Part shown: positions 26,170 through 38,697 of the stretch, piece by piece | Layout of the letters: each line of letters begins with the position of its first letter | How positions within the stretch are numbered: the stretch's first letter is position 1 | Assembly: GCA_973895155.1 (NCBI GenBank) | Contig: OZ316892.1 | Span: 5,354,510 to 5,418,509 of the forward strand | Length of the DNA stretch: 64,000 bases | Source: Marsupella aquatica | Lineage: Eukaryota > Plantae > Marchantiophyta | Reading direction: 5' to 3' | Position numbers and translations under genes: made by a program | Notes under the pieces: model-generated | Told to the model about the DNA's origin: nothing | What the model saw: the letters and a program-made list of their open reading frames with translations, nothing else | Databases searched by the model: none

Positions 26170-26865
26170 CAGTAGAGGGTTGCTCTCACTGATAATGTCG
26201 ATGACAACTGACTTGTGATAGAAATCTTCGAGTGGTTATACAAGTTTCAATCCACTGGGATTCAAGAGACTATAAAATCATGCTGGGAAACCGAGATCAG
26301 TCTCCAATCAGCCTGCTTGAATGTCTAGTCTAGTCTAGTTCAATGCATTTGGCATGCAATTCACCAACACACTCGTCCCTGGCCCCTCCTTTGTTGTATT
26401 GGAAAAAGTTCTTGTATGATGTGTTTGACACCATGCATATCCAGATTTGTACAATTCCATCTAATTTTTAATTTCCAACCTTCAATCATTCTACAATTCG
26501 GTCACATCTTGGTCACAAGGAACGCAATGATGTTTCCCACATTGATGTGTACAACGGTAATCTGGAACGAAACTAACTTGCGCTATATTCTCACTCACTA
26601 GAGCGACTGAGCTTTTTGTCAACAATGGCAATTGCAACATGTCGGGTGCCACCCATCCAAACAACAATGTCGGTTGATGAGGAAGCCTTCCTTTTGGATC
26701 GAGGGATGTCTGTGGGCACCCGTGTGGGCAGGCCAATGTGCAGGGCTCCATGTGGGAGTGACACCAATTGCCCAGATGCTTAGAGTTGCCAGAACCATGC
26801 CTGCACTTTGGCATTTACCTTGCATGACCTTTCGAGAGCTCGGTTCATATTCGGCCAAGACGAGT
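26170..26865 (-). repeat. Ancient dispersed repeat, homologous (inverted) to 55858-56560; probably decayed TE coding sequence
   Basis: Shared blocks cttggccg..tatgaaccg.gctctc, gttagtttcgttccagattac and gcatgatttt.tagtctcttgaatc occur in collinear order. Confidence 0.7.
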
Positions 26866-28013
26866 GCAGAGTGACAACCTTCTAATAGTTTCTATCAATT
26901 GTGGGTGGTGAGGGTCTGATGATGCCCATTAATTGCTTGTATATGTAGTTAGGTGCCTCCTGCTCACACGACCATGATTGTGTGTTATATTTCTTTGTAT
27001 CGTGCAAGGTTCAGTGCACATAGTGCAGGCAAGTGTCAAGATCCGGTCAAGATACCATAGCCATAGACACTAGGAGCTAAACCAATTAACATTGCTAAAA
27101 TGAAGCAAGGCCAAACAGGCTTAACAACTACAATACATAGGACCACTGCTATTCTAAAATTGGTATTCTAAAGTTTCTGTTACTCAAAATGAATTTGATA
27201 GTTTGAATGTTTATGTTCCTTGGAATGAAATTGATGTTTTGATTTTTTTCTGTTGTTAAATGATACATTGTAATCTTTGCGCCAGTGCATGGTTTGCCAG
27301 CAAGTTCAATCAATAAGCTTTTTTCTGAAATGTGAGTAGTCATGGAGTTCTCTGTATTTGTATCCGTAAAGTTGATTCCCCCTGTCACTAAAGATATGGC
27401 AGAATCATTCATTTAGCACAGGGCACATTGGATTATTGACAATTACAGAGTTTCTAAACAGACACTGTCAAGGGTGCAATTGCAACTCCAACCAATATTA
27501 TGCTACACTTCTAGAGGCTCAGTTGCATGAGCTGTTCAGTTACTTCCACTGCCTATCACTGGAGCCATCACATATCTCTGATTTGTTTAGGGTCTGTAGC
27601 GGGCGAGGATAAATGAAAGTCCAATGTTTTCTGGATTGTACCACGCATGAATCAATACATCAATTGGACTCGTTTCTGCCATAAGCAATAACTAAGAACT
27701 CCACTAGATCTTGAAGCTCAGGCCAAGGTTCACTATAATCGCATTCTTCACATTCAATAGCTTTTGTCTACGATGGAACTCTGGCTCCTCTGTTATGATG
27801 AGAGCGATGAAAGGAGAATTAACAAGAGTGCGGATGGGTTTGGCCTTTAGATTCAATAGTCGATTGATGATGTAATTTGACGGGTTTAATTAGCAAATGT
27901 GTCACAAAAGTAAAGCTACGGTGCTCTGAATAATTCCCCTGTTCAACACGTGCAGTAGTAAGGAAAAGTTTGATTTGCTCTACTTATTCATTATGGGCCC
28001 TTCAACTTGAAGT

Positions 28014-28106
28014 ATGAAGGGCTTCAGTTGTGGCTCTGTGGTAGAGCACTACCAGATCCTAGGTTCAATTACTACTCTGGGCTCCATGTTCTTGAAAGTT
28101 CCAACA
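28014..28106 (+). mobile_element. Degenerate tRNA-derived SINE-like copy
   Basis: A-box-like tggctctgtggtagagc and B-box-like ggttcaattac. Shares flanks atgaagggctt and ccatgt..gaaagttccaaca with 28648-28739. Confidence 0.55.
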
Positions 28107-28233
28107 TGGTATTATAGCCAAAGAATTATGAATCTCTCTTGAAGCAATGTCTCTTGAAGCAAGTGTGGCTAAAGGGAAGGTGTTACAAATGAAACCACAC
28201 TCTAACCAGAGACTCTTGAAGCAATGTCTCTTG

Positions 28234-28577
28234 TGTTAGATATTGCTCTAGTCTTGTGACTCATGAGCTAACCACAGTTAGTCTAACTCGGGTTAGGACT
28301 TAGCTAATGTTAGTGGTAGTGTTGGTGTGCATTTAGCCAGGGCTGATGCCAGACCCTGGTGGAACTGAGGCTCATTGTTACGGAGCTAGTTGAGAGATAG
28401 GAAGAGCTTGTGCTGTGGATGCTTGGTATGGCCAGTCGGCCTAGAGTGCAGTAAAGCTCTTGTGTGTTCCCGTGGACGTAGCCTCATGTGGAGGTGAACC
28501 ACGTATCTCTCTGTGTCGACTATTGTGCGTTGGATGGTTCATGGGCTTGCTGTTGCGAATGTCGTCTATGCTCAACA
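28234..28577 (+). mobile_element. Solo LTR (344 bp), copy 2
   Basis: TGTTAG...CTCAACA with TSD TCTTG (28229-28233 and 28578-28582). Inserted into the second unit of a roughly 77-bp local duplication. Confidence 0.93.
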
Positions 28578-28652
28578 TCTTGAAGCAAGTGTGGCTAAAG
28601 GGATGTGTTACAAATGAAACCACACTCTAACCAGAGACGATACAGGCATGAA

Positions 28653-28723
28653 GGGCTTGTAGCTCATAGGTAGAGCACTACAAAATACACAGGAGGTGCT
28701 AGGTTCACTTCCTAGCAAATCCA
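28653..28723 (+). pseudogene. tRNA-like sequence (pseudo-tRNA or SINE head)
   Basis: GGGCTTG-TAGCTCATAGGTAGAGC...CTAGGTTCACTTCCTAG-CAAATCCA: acceptor, D and T arms can pair, but the anticodon stem does not. Confidence 0.65.
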
Positions 28724-30074
28724 TGTGAAAGTTCCAACAATTGATTCATGTGATTATCAGAAAACTTTACTCCAATACACTCTAAATTCAGCATTATTTT
28801 AGGGTAGATATTTAAGAGGAATTCATTTTTAAATACCCACTTCCAAGGCTGACTCAGTTCAAAAAGTACGTGGATTGGGAGAGATCTAAAGAAAATTTAG
28901 GCCGACTCACCCACTTCCAAGATTTTGCTTTTAGACTTCATCAACTTAGATTTCACCAGTACTTATAGGATTGTGCTTTTTGGATAGGGAGAAATCTAAA
29001 GAAAATTTAGGTTGACTCACCCACTTTTCCAAAATTTTGCTTTAAGACTTCATCAAGTTAGATTTCATAAGTACTTATGGGATTGTGCGCGCTTTGCATT
29101 GAGGGAGGCCTTATCTCCCCTGTTTTTGTCGTCACTGCCTTCTTTAAACAAAGGCCTGGGTATACAACTCTTATATAATAGGTAGGAGTCTACAATTTTA
29201 TGTGGACTAGGGAGTTGGTTATACAAAATTTTTTTTTTGAAAAAACCTGAGTTTTCCACTTAAAAATAAAAATAATGAGAGGTACAAGAGTTTAGTAGTC
29301 AGACTAAAATGAAACCAAACATAGTCAACTGGATATAAGGCCATTATAAAGAATAAAGAATTTGCCATATAGAAAGGGCCGGGGAGTTGCATACCTGGGA
29401 ACAGAGGGTGTGGGCTGCGGTGTGGGCTGCACTTCAGGAGCTCAGGTTTTTACTAGTCTTTCTAAAGCTAAGTTAGGTTTAGGGCTTCTAGACATATTCC
29501 CCTTTGTGACAATACTAAGTAAGTGGTTCACTCCCCAGTTAGTCAAGGCTTTCAATTCTCCGCCCACAAGTTTTTATGTACTTGGCTCCTTATTGGGCTT
29601 TTGTTATTTTGTTGTTGTGGGGGATGGACTGGGTGGGTTGTTGGGCCTCTTTCAATTGGTCTTCTTTGGGTTTGCGCCTAAGTTCCCTCCATTTATTGGC
29701 CAGCTCAATTTGCCTTTGGGATCCTTTGGCTCGTTTGTCCTTCAGCACTGAAATATATTTTTCTAGATTTCATCAGCAAAATAGACTAGGGGCAAACTAA
29801 GGGGCCGAGTGGAAATCAACACCAAGCCTTATATCTAATATCAAAACCTCTAGAAAAGCTGTGCACATGTGCGAGTACAATTTACATTCAATGAAAAGGA
29901 GTCTAGACGTCAATGTATCGAGCTCATATCCCGTGCCTGACATCCAAAATGAAAGTGGTCAGAAGAGGAGTCCAGTTGTAGCGAGGCCTATGGAGATTCT
30001 TGCCTATGTAATGGGTGTCCAGATAAAGATCACAACCCGAGAACAGAGTGACTGGAGTGATGGTGCAAATTCGA

Positions 30075-31580
30075 GTTGATTCGTAACTGAAGAAGAAGAA
30101 ATCTCTGACCGTAGTCCTTTCGTCTGACTGTCCTTTCGACGGACACGAGAAAGAGAGTTATGTGCAATTGATGACAACTAAGGAAAAGTCGATCGAATTA
30201 CAGCACTTGGAAAGAAGTACATTCATTGATCGAACAAAAGTGGACTTTACATTTGAGTCGCTTGAGACAGACAACTAGAATGAGAGCTTATGGACGGGCT
30301 TATGGATCATGTGCAATAATTGACCTCGACGAGGCAAAGTTGAGTTGATTTGTAACTTGGAAAGATGAGCAACCCAATTAAAGTAGACAATTATGTGCCA
30401 CTCGAGACAAAAAACGAGAAAGAGTGTTTCATTATGTGTGCAATTGAGGACGACGGAGGCAACATGGAGTTGATTTGTAACTCAAAGAAGAACAAACCAA
30501 AGTAGACTGTATGTGGGAGTCGAAACAGACAACGAGAACTTAGAAAGTCTACGCGCAACTGATTTTCAAACAAACAGCCGTAGATTTTACGTGGGAATCG
30601 AGGCGGACGTTCAGCTAGAAAGGGAGGTAGTACGATTGACAACCACGGAGGCAATTGATTTTCAACTCAAGGACATGGAACCAAAGTACACATTGTCACA
30701 AACTGTGCGTTGAGACAGACACGGAGGCAATTGATTTTCAACTCGAGAACATTGAACCAAAGTACACATTGTCTCAAAGTGTGAGTTGAGACAGACGACG
30801 AGAAAGTCGGAGTGTTCATGTCACGGCAATTGAGGACAGACACCTGAATGCATGTAGAGTTTGATCATCTGTAAGTCGATCTACAGTAGACGAAAGTGGA
30901 ATTCACGTGTAACTCGAGACAGTAAGACTTGGAAAGAATAGGCAACCAATTAAACGAGATATTACACGCGAATCGAGACAAAGAACGAGGGTTTCATATT
31001 ATGTGCAATAGAGGACGACGGAGGCAACTTAGCGTTGATTTGTAACTCAAGAAGAACAAACCAAAGTAGACTGTATGTGGGAGTCGAGACAGACATTGAG
31101 AACTTAGAGAGTTGAAGACAGTGCAATTGATTTTCAAGTTAGAGAGTCTACATGCAGTTGATGATCAAACAAACCACAGTAGACTTTGTGTGAATTGAGA
31201 CGGACGTTCAACGAGAAAGAGGTTATGTGCTGACGACGGAGGCAATTGATTATCAACTTACGAACATTGAACCAAAGTACACTTTTGTGTGAGATGAGAC
31301 AGACAACGAGAAATCGTAGTGTTCTCGTCACGGCAATTGCGGACACCTGAAAAGTAGAGTTCGATCATCTGTGACTCGATCATTCGACAGAAGACGAAAG
31401 TGGATCATGTGTAACTCGAGATATACGACCAACGAACCGAAGGTGAATTCGATCACGTGCGATGTACTCGAGACGGACAAGAGAGTTACTAATACCCGCA
31501 CGATCGATGTAGGAAGGAAGTTCGAGGTCAAACGAAGAAGATTGCCCATGTGTCCATGAGTGGATCGAGAGACAATTTCA
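30075..31580. repeat. Degenerate tandem array, about 60-130 bp units with higher-order duplication
   Basis: Recurrent gagacagacaacgagaa, gtgcaattga, cgacggaggcaa, gttgatttgtaactc and ccaaagtagact motifs over roughly 15 units. The block at about 30400-30920 is repeated at about 30970-31420. Confidence 0.85.
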
Positions 31581-32959
31581 CGACGTTGAACCTGACCATC
31601 GGTCGAGATGAGAAGGACAGCTAGTCACGGGGCCCCATCAAAATCATGGAAGAATGGTTGGCCGGAGATCATACAACGAAGACAGCCGCAATGCGTGCTG
31701 AAAAGATAGCTATGAAGATCATACCATCTATATTAATAAAACTTTTATTCCATGGAAAATTGGTCAAACTTTCGAACAGACTATTGAGCGGGACTTTGAA
31801 TGGGACTTTCAGGCTATGCCGCCCGATTTTTGTGCGTGTATAGTAGATAGTAAACCAAATCTGGAAAAAGCACACCAACTCCTCGTACGACAGCTACCAA
31901 GAAATACCTGACGATGTCTACAAAGAGGAACAAAATGACGAAAAGAAAGGGTCGATGAGTCGGTTGAACTCAATGCCGACTCGTCTGAGATCTGGATCGA
32001 TCTTACACCACAGGTTCATAGAGATCATCACACCGAAATTTATCTGCTGAGGTGATAACATACATCATTCTCGCAAAGAAAGCCTCGGACGCTCGGACAA
32101 CACTGGCCTACTAGTCCGAGATCCACTTCATCATTCTAGAAACTGAAACATCTGGCTGATATCGATCTACCACTCGAAGGAAAGGAACTGTAGTCGAAAT
32201 GAAGTGTCACAGACGTGGGTGTGGAAACGCCTAATGGTATTAGATTTGGATCAACGTAGCTGTCTAAAAATTAGCTGACAGAAGATCATGATAACGAGCT
32301 TTTCGCACGTACCAACCAGACAAATGAGTAGTTTCGTTTCCACGTAGCCTGCTGTTTGTTGAGAGATAGGGGGAGAAAGGTCAAGGGGGACGGGAGAGAG
32401 AAAAGGGATACGGAAGATGTACGTACCACCGAGAGCTAATACATCTGCAACAGCTAAGTAATGAAATCCAAGCTAGGTATTTAATGGAAGCGAACGAAGA
32501 AAGAGTCTCGCTGGTCAAGCACCACTGAACGGTGGGGGATCTGGATCACGTCAGCTGGCTAAAATTTAGCTAACACAACACCATGGTACTCAACGCATTG
32601 TACGTGCCACCTAGACAATTACGGCTTTCTAGACGGCTAAAGATGTTTGAAGAGAGGGATGTTTGAAATGCCTGCATGATAGCGCAGTTGCTGGAAGGGA
32701 TAGTAGTTGCTCAGGCTAGATGTACCCACGAAATTCGTTCCACAACGATCTGTGAAGTGGACAACGAATCTGCTGTAACGAATCTACCTATTTTATCTCA
32801 CCGTCAGGAGTAGACTTAGTCGAACTTGCATACCCCATCGATCGTGTACAGTCACTATTTGGGGAGCAATCACGACCACCTACCCCATCTGATATCAACT
32901 GCTCGAGATGATAAAAAGCCCTTCCAGCTCGAGGCAATTCCGGTGAAATGCCGTCACAT

Positions 32960-33916
32960 TTATTGACGACCTAGGTATTGTGACCTCCTGTGTCCAGCGA
33001 AAGACGATGCCGCAGCCACATGATCTTCGCTATGTGGTTTTCTCCTGAAAATTTCGATGATTGTTACGATTTGTTCCGCAAAGCTCTCCAGCAAATTCAG
33101 TTTGAACTCCAGCGGAAGATTTTCCCTAGTCACCCTAAGATAAGTCAACAAACGGCGGACTATTTCTTTGTATAAGTCGAACTTGCGAGCCTGATCGGCA
33201 GACAATACCTGTACGAAACAAACGCAAGTGTGAGATCTAGTCAATTCGATCCTAAATCTCATCATATTTACTTCTTTCACGACAATTCAAGCAGGAATTC
33301 AAGTCTAAGCACAGCAGATTTAGGTCAACAAATCTGTGGCCAACCCCGACTATGTTGTAAGATCTACGGCCGCACGCTAGCTTTGTACGTGAGATCTAGT
33401 CAATTCGATCCTAAACTCTCATCATGGTTACTTGTTTGACGACAATTACAGCGATTTAGGCACGGACATCACCAAATGAGTGGCAAAGTCCGACTATGTT
33501 GTAATCTGATCTGCCAGCAGACGATTTGGACACGTTACCTGTGTATCAAAGCCGGTCATCAGCTCATACAACGCTTCCATGTCGGCGTGATACTTCCGCT
33601 TGAGGAGTTGCAGCTTCAAACAGGAAACCCAATGGAAGACACTTAGAAACGTGGCCCAGGTATAACCAGAGGGTCCAACTCATGAATTCATGAATACAGC
33701 AACAAGTCCAAGTCAAGACGATGGATGTCGACAAACACGTTTGTTGAAGGTGATGCAGTTTCCTTGTGAACGAGGGAACACCAGTGAAGAGGGCACAACT
33801 TAGCCAAACCTACTGAAAGTGATGGCGATATTACTATACTCAAACTTGCATACCTTTGGCCAGACGATATCTCGCTGATCATCTAGGGCTCCAGCATGAT
33901 AGTAGTAAGCAGGCAT
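32960..33916 (-). CDS. Small (about 128 aa) protein resembling the central helical domain of plant Mediator subunit MED15a; exons 33916-33854, 33613-33539, 33208-32960
   Basis: Phase-0 GT-AG exons give MPAYYYHAGALDDQRDIVWPK|LQLLKRKYHADMEALYELMTGFDTQ|VLSADQARKFDLYKEIVRRLLTYLRVTRENLPLEFKLNLLESFAEQIVTII. This parallels MED15a DWQEEVYQKIKSMKETYLPELNEIY...FKTMLERMIQFLSVSKSNI...YEKQIIGFL (recalled). Confidence 0.65.
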
Positions 33917-36900
33917 CTCTTTCGTCAGAGGCTGTACGCCTGTATCACAGAAAAGAAAGTTACGTCTGAGAGGCACGTACTGGCAGGAGTAGTAGCAGTA
34001 GCAGTAGACTGGTACTAGTAGTACTAATTAGTAGACACGTTTTTGGCATCACGGTGGACGAGAAGATTTGTGCGCAAATGCAAAGTAAAAGGGGCGGAGA
34101 GAGCTTACTCACAGAATCCGGACGGATACGAGCTTAGCTTAGACGGAGAGCATTCGCAGAACTACTGCTCTTTCGCCACTTCAAGAAGAGCAGAGCCGAT
34201 TCACTCGACATTTTCAGGCTCTCTCGCTTGATCCAAACCATGTTTCAAGGTGCCAGTCATCTACCTCCACTCCCGGCCTCTATTGCTGCCGTGATCCTGT
34301 CAAAATTTACAGGATGTCGACGACGTCGAAAGCGGGCACTTCGGGTTTCATCCCGGATCGCTCGGCTTGAGCACGGTATGCACTCACTTACAGCAGTCAA
34401 ATCTCTGTGGCTAGACGTACTACGAGTGCTGAATCTGCACTTCGAAATAGCCACTTGTCAACACTTTGAAGCATTCAGCTCCACCGGCGCACAATAAGAG
34501 GCACGACAATCTAATTGCTTTTGAGCAATCTAACTCTCTCGAAAGCGGAACTTCTAGGCAATGGATCATCCAGGGTTAATTCACTCTCCACAACTCTCCT
34601 CAAGGTGCCTGATCTTGCAACTTGGTCAGCATACTCTTCGGTTCAAGCCCCCAAGACTTTGGGCCTGCTTAGCTTGGCCGGGATGCCCGATCCTGCATCC
34701 TGTTGTTTCTTTGGTGTTTGGCCTCTAGCTACCGTGGTTTCCCCATATGTATCGCTCTGGGCCTTTCTTCCCTGACTCTCGCCCTTTGCCGCTGAAGCAA
34801 AAGTTTTGGCCTTTTATTGCCTCCTCAGCTCAACCTCCCCCTCCACCCACCCCTTCCCGAAAGAAAAGAAAAAAATCACACATCAGGAGAGTCCGTAAAG
34901 CAGGTCAGCCGTAAGAAAGAGAAAAAGCAATCTAGATCCGGGCCTTGGGCCCCAGATCTGACTATATTCGGGCATCAGTTCAAGCTGAGGATCTCTCTCC
35001 CAGGCCGAGATAACTGAGGTAAATCTGTTCAGTTCTCACAGCTCCGTGGCGTCGTCGGCACATTTTAAAATAATGGACATCACCGTGACCTTGTCGGCCC
35101 CACTATCATTCTGTCGATCCTATCAGTTAAAGTCGATTACAATTTACTGAAAGTGGCAGAATGCTGCTCCTCTACGTGGGACATGCCAATTGAGCCCGAT
35201 ACTCTCGATCTGGAGTTATTACGCGCAACGTGTAGCTCCACTCCAGAACCCAAAGCTTGCACGTAGGCTAGCGTCCAGCCGTAAGAGGTTGGAGATCATA
35301 ATCGTCACCTTTCTATAGTGACAATTCTCGCCCTGAACAGCATAAACACTGCAGTATGTCAGGATCTAGCCTGAACTAGAGTTGATCAGAAAGTGACTTT
35401 ATGTGTAGTCCTTCTCGAACCAACAATGACCTTCAGCTGTGACGTTTTAACCCTAGTAACGTGATGTGCATTCATCCGAGCTGACGCTCATCGCCACGCC
35501 ATGTGATTGACTGGATTGGCTAGCAATCGCTCTACAGGTGATGAGAGCACTATAGCATCTAAAATAGCTTGTAACCAAGCCTGAGGTACTTAGCTACATC
35601 ACACCATATCCTCCATTGTTCAAGAAACCTTTAGCAAGTTTAGCAGTCATGTAGTCAAACGATGAGACTGTAATTTCAACATGATGTCAGAAGGTTACAA
35701 AAAAGCTTTCTGCGTATTTGTTTCTCTTTCTTCATTTGGTTCTTCTAGAGAGTACATGTTAGTACTACACTGGAAAATCGCTAGCATGCACATTCCACGT
35801 TCCGAGGATAGAATGACAAGGACACGAGTTCAGGTTCTCTGGCATCGATGGTCACGCCATCTACATATTAGCAGATTGCAATTGGATGTTACTGCCTTCC
35901 TTTTCAGCATAGGGTCCAGTGGCGTGCACGACAGATGAGAATGTGATCTTACGGTGATTACAGAAAAGGTGGTTAATAGTATGAATGCTTCTGATTGCAC
36001 TGCATTCTGGCCTTGCATTCTGGACATCTACTGTGGCCCAGCCAGCCCTGATATAGCATCATAGAAATTAGACATCAGTCCAATTCCTTCGCTGGATTAG
36101 GATATATCTACCGTTTTATCCCACAGGATTACAAATTCTTGAGAATGAGCTTACAGGATACAGCTATTTGCTTTCACTTAGCTTGTGTAAGTCTATATAA
36201 CTTTTCTGCTCGATGAACTAGTTCCCTAGCCTGTACATAGATTGTGACTCAGATTTACTGGAGATTTCAGTTCAGTTGTCACTCAGACGTCAGCGACGTG
36301 ATGTAATGAACGGTCCTTTTTTTTCTTGAAACAAAAATGCTGACATGATCAACACACTCCCATTGGGCTTTTTGACTCGCTGATATCCTCGTTTTTCGCT
36401 TGTTTAGTCCCCTTCATTGGGTCTCCTTGGGTCTCCTGCCTTTGATCTAGTCTCTCCCCTTCATTGGGTCTCCTGCCTTTGAGATCTAGTCTCCCTGATT
36501 GGACATTTTTGTTCTTTGGCTGGAAGTGAATTAATATGTTTAACACTAGCTAGACAACTGCCTTGGTGATCTAGTCTCCGTGATTGGCCTTTTTTGTTCT
36601 TTGGCTGGAAGTGTATTATGTGTAACACTAGCTAGACAATTGAGAGAAAATAGGACCTCTCAAAGCCTATGATGATTTTTGGCCATAAACAAACGGACAT
36701 AACTTTTTCATAGGGTTATTTAAAAATAACAATTCTTTTTATTGTCATGGCATATGACCAATCTTTATGACAGAAAATTATGGATCATGAATTTGATAGT
36801 CCATAACTTTATCTGGCCCAAATCTTGAGTTAAGGTTCATCAAATTTTGAAGTTTGAGAGCCCCCTAACATGATGAATAATTATTGACTGTGTATTATCT

Positions 36901-38489
36901 AGTCTTCATCCTGAAATACTTGCAAAGCCTTGGTGTAAAATTAAAGAGTAACAGTGAGTCCTCATCTATATCACCAAGCAATCACCAAATTCTAGAAAAC
37001 TAATTTTGGGTTCCTATTGAGAGTATAGAGCTTATACTCTTGCAGGATGTCAAACTTGTGTCCAATGCTTTACTAAAACAGGGTTTTAGTTCAAGTTTTG
37101 AGAGACTATTGCCAATTATATTACTCTGGGAAGAGCATCTTACTACACTTAAAGGTCTAAGAGATTTTTATTTTCATTGATTTTAGTAAAAGTAGAGGAG
37201 AAATTTCATAATGAGCCCATGTAAATCTTGACTTTGCATTCTACTTTAGTAATAGACTGAAAATCGTAAAGAGATAAATCACGAAAGGCATAAGAAGATG
37301 TAATACAGTTTTCCATTCTTGAAAAAGTGAATTTTTCTAAGAAAAGGAGGGACAAATAAACGACCTGGTAATTGCACATCAAGATGTGGTAATATATAGT
37401 GTACACGCACTAATTTAGGAGTGCTATATCATACACCATTCATTGTCATATTTTGATGCGCATTCGCAGGGATGCGGACAATGGTAGATCCAAAGCCAAA
37501 AAGGTAATAACACAGTCCTTGGCTAGAGCTACAGTCCCTTTTGGATTCATTCATTCAATTTTCGAGGCTTGTATTGTAAAATTCTGCTACCATTTGGGAG
37601 TCAGAATGTTTCGAGATATTACCCTATTCCTTCCCCACAAGACTTCACAGAAAACTGTTAAAATACCCTACAATGGTTTCATGAATTACAAAAGTACGTT
37701 GCCTCATGCACTTGATCACAGGTGTTGCCATTGTTTCCAAAAGTACTTTTTCAATATGGACTTGACAACAGGTGGTGCCATGAAATTGACCACTACAAGT
37801 CCTCACAGGCAGCACCTTCGATGCATGGAAATAGTCTCACCCCCCAATTGTCGTGCCCCTCACCTAGTGTGGGACCCTGCCCCCAATGTCATGGTCTAAA
37901 AGATTTCAAGCTAGATATCAAATTTGAACGGTTTCAATGGAACACTGATTTTCTTCATAGAAAAATGACATTCTAGATATACTTAAAGTTTAAGTTGCCC
38001 CTCACAGGGAAGTTTTTGTGATTTCAGCCATCTTCATAGCTTCTTTGAAACTAGAGAGAGGAATTTATAATTTCCCTAGAGTAAAAATCAAATAACTAGG
38101 CAACTCAGACAAAAAAAAACCAAGGGGAATTGGCGACCCCAGGTTTGCAAGTTGGAGATATTGGCAATTGGGTAATTTCCCTTGGTCACATAATCTGCCA
38201 GATGTCGGGGCATGATGAAGAGTAAACGATGAGGGGGAAAACTGGTGTGGTTACTGAGATCCTACAAACAAGGTCGAAGGAACAATTCACTACAAAGGGC
38301 CAAACCAAACAAAGTAAGTACTGTAGTAACTATAGGCAAAAGATATCAGAGTGCCAAAGGACATAAACACCTAACCAGGAGAGAGGGTCCCAAAGGCAAA
38401 GCAACCCAGGAAAAGGAGGGAGAGGAGTCTGAGGAAGAATGCCCTGAGAAGACCAAAGAGACGGTCCATTTGTCACCCCTCGGGTCCAC

Positions 38490-38697
38490 CCTCGGTCTAT
38501 TTGCGATAATTTTAGTTCCTCTTTCTTGGTTTTTAGGGGTTTCTTTTTGCTCACTTATTTTAGTTCCTCTTTTTTGGTTTTTAGTGTTTTCTTTTTGTTT
38601 ACTTCTTTTGAATTTGATTTTGTCCACTTGCTACCTATCTTGTTTATTCTTTTGTACTCTGTTTGGCCCTTTTTTGTAAAAAGTATGTATATATTCT
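38490..38697 (+). mobile_element. Older, more diverged 3'-end copy of the CRE-like element
   Basis: Collinear with the element's 3' UTR, including its internal repeat of about 50 bp, and ends at the same TATATTCT terminus. Confidence 0.88.

Noticed and set aside
5755-28577. One 23-kb LTR element capturing LIG1 and the sirtuin
   Set aside because: Each LTR has its own distinct TSD, and there is no primer-binding site, polypurine tract or gag-pol between them.
28653-28723. Functional tRNA gene
   Set aside because: The anticodon stem is unpaired, the acceptor stem has a mismatch, the T-loop is non-canonical and no oligo-T terminator follows.
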